Positions 1-9,899 of a stretch of DNA of 64,000 bases are shown here, in pieces. The notes beneath the pieces were generated by a model, which worked only from the letters and a program-made list of their open reading frames with translations, ran no database searches and was not told the origin of the DNA. The stretch spans positions 434,001-498,000 of the forward strand of contig JAQGDQ010000082.1 in NCBI GenBank assembly GCA_030141605.1, given 5' to 3'. The translations under genes and the position numbers were made by a program. The stretch is from Tubiluchus corallicola. Its lineage: Eukaryota > Animalia > Priapulida. Within the stretch, counting starts at the first letter, position 1. Each line of letters starts with the position of its first letter.

Positions 1-194
1 CCCCTCCCCTAGGTCTCTACTCGGCAAGTGTTGTAATTCTAGGTACTATTGCTTGATCTATTCACTGTTATATTCGATGCCTAACACAATGATGAAAAGA
101 AAAAATGTCAGTATACTCTTACAACCTGCTGCTCATGGATTAAAACTTTTGCAATTTCCTGGCTACTGTTAATGAACACCGTTACAGAACTTAC

Positions 195-399
195 CTGCAC
201 CATGACACGCCTACACAATCCTGCTTTCACAAGTGATTTGGCCACCCATCTTGCTGCATAGGCAGCTGATCGATCGACCTTGGTGAAATCTTTGCCGGAA
301 AATGCACCACCACCATGTGCACCCCAGCCGCCATACGTGTCGACAATGATTTTACGCCCTGTCAGACCAGCATCACCTTTCGGGCCTCCATCGATAAAT
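195..399 (-). CDS. MAT: MAT exon 7
   Basis: [38 protein letters not shown]...RRVMVQ; donor CAG|GTAAGT. Confidence 0.95.
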
Positions 400-3300
400 C
401 TGAAACAGAAAATTATGGGTTATGTGCAGAAAAAAGAAAGAGTGATGTATTAAATGCAATTTTGTGGCACCAACTCGGATGAATAAGTTTCACATCTACT
501 TCTGTCATGTGAAGCAATATGCTAATGACAAAAGGCTTGCCAATTATTCGAACTTAAGAAGCTGACAGAGTTATTTAATTAGCTAATGATTTTCAAATTG
601 TTACAAATGCTGTACATGTAACGATCTGATCATATCCTATGAAACAGAATGTCAGGAAGTTTCACAGAAGACAGGATGCCCCCCCTCCATTGCAGCAAGG
701 CTGTAAGTCCAACACTAAACAAAATTCAAAGTCAAGAAATAACGGAACGGCACAGGTTATCACTTTATTCTAAAGCAACATTCACAAAAAGTTCACACGA
801 TAATTCCCATCAACAAATCTCCATTTGAATTTTGAATCTCCGATGAAATTTGCACTGAAATCTGTAGGAAGTGCAATAACATATACCGTATATACCTTTT
901 TTACAAGTCGACTGTATGTACAAGTCATTGTGCATTTTAAGACCAAAAATTGCATCATTTTATATATTACCTGTGTACAAGTCAACCATAAAATATTAAG
1001 ATCTTCCAGAGTAAATGATGTCAACAATGGCCGAGTAATAAATCAATAGCCTACTGTGTTAGTGTGTAAGATACGTGCAAGTGTCTGGGCCGAGTATATT
1101 ATATCTACCCGATGTATATATATATTCATGTTGAGTGCCCTCAATGCAATCCTTTGTGAAGAAGATAATGACTTCGAAGGCATTAAATAAAATCTTTTTA
1201 ATATTGAAAATATTTTCCATGTATTTGCATATTTAGATCTAGGCCTAGTATAAAACACAGTAAAGGAATATTGACTTTAGTAAACAGTATTAATTTTACA
1301 ATGATGCAATTAAATCTTGTGGTTCATCACCATCCCATTTGAAAAAAAATAATTTACTAAAATTAATACCTCTGCGTAGTTGTGTTTTATATATGCATGT
1401 ATGTTGGTAATCGATATTTTGCCAATAGAACACAACATTGGCGATTTCCATGTTCTGATCAAGTGCTCAGTCACTATATATATATAATATATAAATTTTA
1501 ACTTAAGTTCACATACATTAAAATAAATTACAGTAATATTTGTTAATTTTATGAAGTAATGTCAAGATGTGAACATTCTCTGAAGTGAAGTATCACAGTA
1601 TGAGTGTTCATTCAGTCCAGTGTATAATGAAGGATTATTTCTTTACATGTTCGTATTGTAGACGACTCTTTAGCGACGTCTCTCAAAAATGTATCGCAAG
1701 TATAAGTCGGCCCCAAAAATTTCACCTTAAAATCGCCTCCCAAAAATTCGACTTGTACATAAGCATATACGGTATAAAAAATCCTCGCCTTTAAAAAATA
1801 AAGATAAACATTCAACAAAGATTTAGGTTGACAATAAAAATACTTTTGTTTCCATCTAATAGCCTGGGTAATTTTTTTTTCATTTCACACCTGTTGGGAA
1901 TTTTATAGTTTTTTGTTCATTTATATACTTACCTAATGCAGTCATATAAAAGAGTATTGTTTTATACGTAAAATGCAATAATTATTACGATATTGTTGTG
2001 TAGGCAAAGACTCAGCCATGTTTTTCTTTGACTAATTCTCAGCCAGGGCTGCTGTATTTGTATGAAGCTGAATAACAAATTGGGGGCTAAAAAGTTAGCT
2101 GGTTTTCCACCAAATCAGCATATCAACAGCCGAGTAGTGTTGCCACATATACCATAGTTATCAGAACATATATCCATACTGTACAAAAAAGAGACTATAC
2201 AAAAATCGATAATTATACGATTATTTAGTAATGTGAAACAAACAAGAACTACACATACCTCATGGGTAATTTTTGTCTTAATTAATGATATTTTCATTAG
2301 GTAGGCCTATAACACAGTAACTAACCCACCTTCCCGAAGGGTTAATATGATAAATAGTTCTTTCATCCAAATAATGATCTGGAATAACGGCTTTAACTAC
2401 TTTGTCCATCACATCTCTACGCAGCTCCTCATTGGTCACTTTGGGATCATGCTGCACTGATATTACAACAGTATGGACACGAAGTGGCACGCAAGCGCCA
2501 TCGTCAAATTTGTACTCCACTGTAACCTATGTGCCAATAAGAGATCACATGTATAAAATTAAATGTTACAAGCGTATTTAAGAAGGTATTCTTGTATGAA
2601 GAAGTAAAATTAAAATGTTGACTTTAGCTGCACATTTGCAAACTAAATATTTGCAATACAGTATACGAAGGGTAGTTTCCTTGACAATACTTCAAACTAC
2701 TTAGAGTTTCAAGTACTTATTTTTTACTCCTGATAAATTTAAGCAAATTTAAGCTTGAAGTAGAGTTATTACAAATTCTTTAAATAAACTAGAATACAGC
2801 TAACATTTGTTTGTCAATAAAAATGTGCTTTAAGAAAATACCACTATTTTACTATTTATAACAAACCAAATTAGCACATATTTCAACCCAACTGAAAAAC
2901 AATGAAGAAAAATAGAGAAAAAAACAGATTTTTTACCAAATGCAAAAAAAAGCTTGAGGGACCCTAAGTTGTAGCCTATACTAGCCTGTAGAATCCGGGC
3001 TTGGATATACCTGTCTAATTTATTAACATCTTTACATCCTATACAACAGGTTTAATTGAACTTAGTAGAAGTTTACCTGCGTTTTAGAATCTGGTCTTGC
3101 CCACCACAGGTCTCCTCCTCGACGACACTCAGCTATTCTTGAATTCAATTTGTGCGCAAGAACGATTGTTAAGGGCATACACTCTTCTGTTTCGTCAGTG
3201 GCATAGCCAAACATTAAACCCTGCAAACATCAATATAAAACTGATAAACAAATTAATCCTAGAAAAACAAGGCAAGGCTGTTTGCTAAATTAAAGATGAC

Positions 3301-6300
3301 AAGTTCCCAAAGAAAAATACATCAATTATGATAAAACATCGCAGAAAAAGTAATTTATTAGGGCTCGTGTAAGTTTTAATATCATTCAGTTGGGAAAACT
3401 ATCAGGAGCACGCATATTTGAACCCAGTCCATGTTGACAATTTAGCCTCATTTGTTGAGCTACAGTAAGTCAAGGGAATATTTTAGACGGCAACATTCAA
3501 CAGTTCAGCCAGTGCTCGACAGATGGATATCCAACAATAAAAATACTTTCGTTTCTGTCTAATCGCCAGGTAATATTTTTTATTGCACACCCAGCCGGGA
3601 ATTTTATAATTTTTTTGTACGTTGATATACTTACCTGACGAAGTCATATAAAAGCATATTTTTTTAATTTAAAACGTAAAACGCAATAATAGTTGTAACA
3701 TCACTGTGTCAGCGAGGACGCAGCCATGTTTTTCTATTCACTAACATTCACAAATCTGTAAAAAATTTTGAAAAAATTCCTTCCTCCCTATTGACACTTT
3801 TTGAGCTCATGAGGTAAGACAGAAATAAATTTTTTGTGGCCAGCCGGACTAATTTGACTTTTAGTTAAGTAAATCAATGTTTCACACACCTGGTCCCCAG
3901 CACCTATATCGTCTTCATCTCGGTCCACATGAACTCCCATTGCAATGTCTGGACTTTGTTGTTCCAGTGCCACCAGGACATTACATGTGTGATAATCAAA
4001 TCCTACAACATTCAACGAAAAATAAGTTATACATCAGAGAACCACCAAAACAAAACTTAGTTTAGTTTATTGCATAAAGGAAGGACAATTTATCGACACT
4101 AATGCAGGGGAAATACACAAGAACCAAATAAATAAGTGCGTCTACTTTGTCAAAGTAGTATTTCAGCACTTTTTATTTTTTTCAGCATTTTGGCACAACT
4201 TTTACTATTATAGTTTCAAACGTATAAAAGTCGCTGATAATAAAGCAATATGCGTGCTTTTTAAACAATCTTTCGATTGCTCTGCCAGAAGCATGTGTCG
4301 TAATCTCACATCACCTTATTTTGAAGTCATTTTACGGAAAAATATTTACAGTCTAAAGATGTCTCTTTTAATAGTCATAACAGTTTGAAAAATGAAATTT
4401 TTAACAGTGATTGTATATCTTTTTATCCAAAATTTATCAATATTGGACAACTCACCTATATACACAAAATATTTATTAATTTTAAATCTTTAATCTTGTA
4501 TGCACATTTTGCCAAATTTTTTATCTGTAAATAATTTTATTATAGCATTTTATGTGTGTGTGTGCGACATGGTAGCTATTGTACATATTGCACTTTTTGT
4601 TGTTGTGTGCTGATATTATGGGCTTTCATGTGGAATAAAGTGCATCTTATCTTATCTTTCCAACTTTATATTATAGTACACGTCAATTTGTAACCCTTGT
4701 GAAGCTAACTTGCAAGCATTGATAAAAATAAAGCGCCAAAAATACAGAATACCATAGCCTTGTATTTCTATGGTACAATGGACAAGAAACACAGAAACTC
4801 GTGAACAATTAGAACAAGAATCTATCAGAAACAGGTTGGACCCATTCATTGGACAGACGGCATATACAGCAACCATCAACAACACATCACAGGACTGACC
4901 GCTTTGGTGCCCATTCCTAAAATGGATCCAATGAGCTAGGTAGTTCCCGTAATATGTCAGTGCCTTCATAGCCCGAGTGCACACGAGGAGCAAATTTCAA
5001 AATCCTATCACAATTTTGTGTGTCCAGCACAAACAGAATTGTTTACAGATTGCGGCTATGCAAGATGAATACTTAAGATGTAACCAGTCACAACAAGTTA
5101 AAGCTAGATCTGTATAACCTAGTAACACTAGTGTCAAGAGCCGGTGATTTCTGAATATAAGGGCGAGATACATGTGATCAATAATGACACTAAATGCAGT
5201 AAACAGACTCACAAGACAAAGACACTACTGTACCATGTTTACCGCAAAGCCAGTAGGGTAATATCAAGAAAAATCCCCGAGTATCCATTTGACAATTTGA
5301 GGATTCTCGTATTTCATGTCATTCATTTCAATCAAATTTGGTTCATAAATTATCATAGGAGGAATAAAGGCACTGATTTCCCAGTGATCATAAGCAGTGC
5401 AACTTTTCACATTCTCCTGTTTCTAAGAAAAGTAATTTGCAAACTGAATATGTGTTGCATTATTTACTAATAGGTCCATTTTCAATGTTATAAGATTACT
5501 GATTTAATAGCCGTGTATGTTAGTTTTAATGATCTTCTGATGGTCGATAAAGCTAAACTTTCAGTTGCTGGGCCCGACCTGTTTCCAAATTTAATTAATC
5601 AAAATTGCATTACAAAACACAAATATACATTACTAAGACTAAAAGGCAAACATAGTTAATTAAAATTAAAATTTCATTACTATTATTATATATTTCTGTA
5701 GGCTATGAAGAAGCCTAGCTGCTTCTGTTAAAAAATAAATACGTTTATAAAAAAAACTGTAATGGTAATCATATTAAAACAAAAACTTTGTTAAATACTT
5801 AGGTACTTCTTTACATAAATCTTTAACACTCTAATTGCAATTGTTCAATTCCTGGAGAGAAAGGTGCAATTCTCCCCCCTTGAGAAAGGTGTAAAATAGT
5901 TTTTGTCCATGTTAGGTGTAGATTGTCAGAGGGTTGCAAGTTGGAAGGTCACCCCAATTCCTTGCATTAAGCTGACTCAGATCTGCCTGCTTCATGCAGC
6001 CATTAGCTATGCAACATTAGGTATGACATTTCTACCGCTGGTATATGCCACTGTTTTGGGAATGCCCTCTGGATAGCCTTTGACCTTAACAATTGTATTG
6101 TCTCAAAGTTACCATACCAAAATGCCTACCCCAAGTGGACGACAGACCGACGAACACTGCATGATGGTGTAAGGTTCCCAGACTTAGGAGGAACCTAACA
6201 AGTAGACCAATGTACTCTAAAGGAGTCTCATGTAATTATCAAGCGCTTCCTCATGATGGGACGCTTGACATTTTTATTGCAATAGCCAGGTGTAATAATC

Positions 6301-9300
6301 TTTCTAAAGCCCCTGTGGTCAGAGGAGCCTCAACTTGAGACACCACAAAGAAGGAAAGGTGTATTTTTCCTGTAACCAGATAAAAACAAACTCAAGTTTG
6401 CTTAAAATTAAACAAAATTAATCAGGTAGATTTATCAGAGTGCAATGGAAATTTCTTTCACCAAAGGAAAATTACTGAATCAAGCTGATTATCTTAATAT
6501 GCGCGAGGTCATGAATTTTCGATCGAAGCTCAAGTACTACTGAATATTCTAGACTTAGACTGTTGAGCAAACACATACTTTGGACAGTGTATTCTCATCA
6601 CATGGCTGCTTAAGTATAATTACTGATAGAGCTAGATCTACTGTAAACAGACTAGGTTAGCTTGTCACTAGTTTTAAACCATTTATCGCTCAAGCATAAA
6701 AGTTTTCAGTATCCAGCTGCATTAAACTAAGCAAATGTAACACTTTCTATAAATACGTATCAAATTATTTTGTGTCATGAAAAGTAATGCATCTAACAAA
6801 GTATTATAAAAAAATACTATAACTGGCACTTTAAAATGTAATGATAAGAAATTAATTGCCTCGATGCATTTTGAAGAAAAAGCAAAGCCACTCAGGATTC
6901 AACAAATGCAGCAGTGTATAGTGTTGCTAAGTTATCAGATTTTCTTTTTAATTATTCAGAGCTGCCTTGCAGTGTCTATAAACTGATGTGTTGAGAAGCA
7001 ATTTGTATAGTACAATAAATCCAACACTGCTTAATCTTGTAGCTTAGGTGACTAACTCTGAGTACCAGCACTACACTACACGTCTGTAACTACAGAAAAA
7101 ACTTTTTTTTAAATATTACTTCAGGATTTTACAAGTGTTAGCATTACATATTACATCTACTTGCAAGCTATGCATGCACAGAACTGTTGGACATATTTAT
7201 ATTTATGATTAGGCAGAAATCAGAACTGCTTAGCTCTAGCTGTAAGCCAGGCTGTTAAAAAATAACTTATTACTGCCTAGCATTTTTAGTCGTTATCAAA
7301 ACAAATGATAAAGAAGTCTAGAAGTTACCCTTTGAGGAATGGTCATAGCCAATCTTTTTTACTGTGTTTCTGATGACTTTTTCATAGTCCACCTTGGCAC
7401 CAGTGGTAACTTCACCAAATACCATAACCATACCTGTCTTGGTGACAGTTTCTGAAAATACATCACACAATGTAATAATTATATAAAAAATACCACTCTC
7501 TAAAAGCCAGTAGTACCTCAAGAAGAGGGTTAAAACAGCTAATAATTTATCATTTTCGTATCTTCATCTTATTATTTCATTGCACTAATTTTGTTTTCAT
7601 TTCTATAAAATAATGTTTCGTGTGCAATTACATCAATAGTGCACCATAAATCTTCCGACGAATCTTGAACGATGAATCACATTCTGGCACCAAATACATT
7701 TTCAAAAACAACAAAAACTCTGAAATGAAGCCTCCACAAAGCACAAGGTAAAAATTGTTTGTTTTTGCTAAAACTTTCTAAGGCATACAATTTGATAAGT
7801 AAAAATCTCATAAGATTTTCACTGATACTATATATTTATATGATTATACAAGGTGTTTTGGTAGCCCCTTACTAAACCAAGTACTTTGATTTTCAGTTTT
7901 CTTTGTAGCTACTAATGGCATTAGTAGCAGTAATCTCTTACTCAGTAGTTGAAAAGTTTTGAGTACAAATTTGATCTTCTCCTGCCATGCTGACTCTCAG
8001 TCATAGGTTCAAAATCACTGCATGGCTAATATAGTAAGGAACTAAGGTAAAATAATGCAAATTAAAATTGCTGTACAGTAGATGCATGAAGCCAAGTTTT
8101 ATATCACTACAGCTCTCATGTATAGACTCAGCAACAAAAGTTTCCTTCTTCTGTAGACATAGACATAGACATAGAACATTTATTTTCTCCATTTGTTTGA
8201 CATGACAAGTTTTTTTAAATATTACTTAATTATAGTAGTGGAGCAGGGCAGGGAAGGACCATAGGGTCATCTAGTCTCCTGCCCTGTCTTATAATTAAAT
8301 TAGTATATTAAAAGTAAATGGTGAGACTGCGGATAACAAAATCAAATAGGAAAGAAATAATAATATTAAACAGTATAAATGAAAACAAAGTATAAATGAA
8401 AACAGTATAAGTGAAAACAAAAAATAATAAAGTTAGATGACACCTAAATCTAAACAAAACAATACAATTAATACAAGTAATTATGATTATTACATATATT
8501 TTCAAATAGGGGCCTTATTGACAGGGGATTTTGACTGTATGGAGAGATAAAATAAGTATCAAAAAAGTGTAATATAGAAAATTTAAGAGAAAAAGTTAGT
8601 ATAAGAAAGAGCAACAATTACTTAGGAGATGAGAAAAAAAACACTTGATAGCTTGCTTATTAGTCTTACAAGTTATGTATTACAGGTATATTCATTTAGT
8701 AAGAATTTTGTGTATTTTTTGGAAGCAGAAAATAAGCTACCTCCAAAGGTATCTTTTGGCAACGAGTTCCATAATTTAACTCCTCGTGATTTTAAGCTAT
8801 TGAAACCATGTCGGGTAAAAAATCTCTCCACAAAATACTGTTCATTAGAAGCAGCTCTTGTGGAGTAGGAATGTATATCAGAAACATTAGTGAAATATTC
8901 ACTAAAAAGTTCGGGTAATAAACCAGCATTGAATTTATACATAAATTTGAACAACTCAAGATTGTAAATATCTCTTACTTTTAAAATTTCTAATTTTACG
9001 AACGATGGTGTAGCATGATCATATTTGCGAGCAAAAGTTATTAGTTTTACTATTTTGTTTTGTTGTGTTTGTATTAATTTTTGAATTGATGCAAAAGCCG
9101 TACCCCATGTTAAGATGGAATATTGTAAATAAGGGAAAACTAACGAATTATATAGAAGTTTCAGAATATATTGGTCAATACTTAGTGCCTTACTTTTAAA
9201 ATTATTCCAGTAATTCGACTTAATTTACTAAAAACTGTAACTACTAAAAAAATTTTTAAAAATAATGAGGAAATTTTGAAACCCTCTAAATGCTAAGCAA

Positions 9301-9862
9301 TTTATTAAATTTAATTTATGATAACATGATCGTGGTGTGTTATCAAGAAAACCTACCACAGGCAACTTTAGCATTGGGATCTTCACGTAAGCAAGCATCG
9401 AGGATGGAATCACTTATCTGATCACACATTTTATCTGAAAATATCATCTATTAAATTACATTGATATTATGTTAAATATAGTACTTTTTATAGTAAATAA
9501 ATAGTAAATTACAGAGTCATATTAAAAGTACATTGTTACACATCTAAATCAGAAGCTGTATATCATTGTAAACTGACAGGATAAGAAAATTGATTTAATG
9601 AAGTTTACTAAGGGCTTTAACTACAGGGATGTTTTATTATTGATACATTCCTCAGCACGCCTAGGATAGATGGATGGTGGTTATTAATCAGACAGAGTTG
9701 TAAGAAGAGTACTGTACCTGCATGACCTTCACCAACAGATTCTGACGTAAATATGAATGTAAATTCGTCATCTGTATCTCCAATTTCGGCAAAATCCGTC
9801 TGTTTATTGCTGTGGTGTAACATTCGATACCGTTCCCGTCCTCTTACGATTTCACGAGACAT
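195..9862 (-). CDS. MAT: S-adenosylmethionine synthetase (methionine adenosyltransferase), spliced, 3' end not recovered in window
   Basis: Exons 9718-9862, 9357-9434, 7329-7451, 3890-4002, 3077-3220, 2330-2526 and 195-399 all have GT-AG ends and join in frame (1005 nt). Signature motifs: [80 protein letters not shown]. Confidence 0.96.
1829..2040. repeat. Dispersed repeat copy A (probable non-autonomous TE fragment)
   Basis: Aligns by eye with 3532-3750 (shared blocks acaataaaaa.tactt, gggaattttata, tatacttacct, gtcatataaaag, cagccatgtttttct). Confidence 0.75.
2330..2526 (-). CDS. MAT: MAT exon 6
   Basis: [26 protein letters not shown]...YHINPSG; phase-2 donor AG|GTGGGT. Confidence 0.95.
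3077..3220 (-). CDS. MAT: MAT exon 5
   Basis: [26 protein letters not shown]...[10 protein letters not shown]; 144 nt. Confidence 0.95.
3532..3750. repeat. Dispersed repeat copy B
   Basis: Same-orientation homologue of 1829-2040. Confidence 0.75.
3890..4002 (-). CDS. MAT: MAT exon 4 (gating loop region)
   Basis: [38 protein letters not shown]; 113 nt. Confidence 0.95.
4560..4657 (+). mobile_element. Retroelement (LINE/SINE) 3' tail remnant
   Basis: AATAAA followed by short (TCTTA)n tail, typical of CR1/L2-group 3' ends. Confidence 0.4.
6078..6200 (+). mobile_element. Helentron/DINE-1-like non-autonomous element end
   Basis: GACG/GACA-rich tract (ggacgacagaccgacg) followed by 3' hairpin AGGTTCC (6172-6178) / GGAACCT (6190-6196). 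Confidence 0.45.
7329..7451 (-). CDS. MAT: MAT exon 3
   Basis: [41 protein letters not shown]; 123 nt. Confidence 0.95.
8154..9180 (-). mobile_element. 5'-truncated non-LTR retrotransposon (CR1/L2-group LINE) in MAT intron 2
   Basis: Uninterrupted frame ~9179-8673 reads [21 protein letters not shown]...QNKIVKLI...DHATPSF...HSYSTR...GVKLWNSLP, the typical ORF2 C-terminus. It is followed by an AT-rich 3' UTR with a stem-loop near 8245-8286, AATAAA and a (CTATGT)3 tail. Confidence 0.9.
9357..9434 (-). CDS. MAT: MAT exon 2
   Basis: [26 protein letters not shown]; tttcag acceptor, GTAGGT donor; 78 nt. Confidence 0.95.
9718..9862 (-). CDS. MAT: MAT exon 1
   Basis: MSREIV...[15 protein letters not shown], donor G|GTACAG (phase 1). 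Confidence 0.88.
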
Positions 9863-9899
9863 TTTATAAAATTAAATTAAAATCTCAACGCCAAACGAA

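Noticed and set aside
4822-4897. Possible C/D box snoRNA on the minus strand (GTGATGT ... CTGA with short terminal stem)
   Set aside because: The C box is imperfect and I could find only ~7 nt of rRNA complementarity before the D box; needs snoscan.
7091-7099. Perfect TACAGAAAA METTL16-type motif
   Set aside because: On the plus strand, antisense to MAT.
195-9862. Enrichment of TACAG on the MAT sense strand
   Set aside because: Roughly one per kb is expected at this base composition; the count alone is not evidence.
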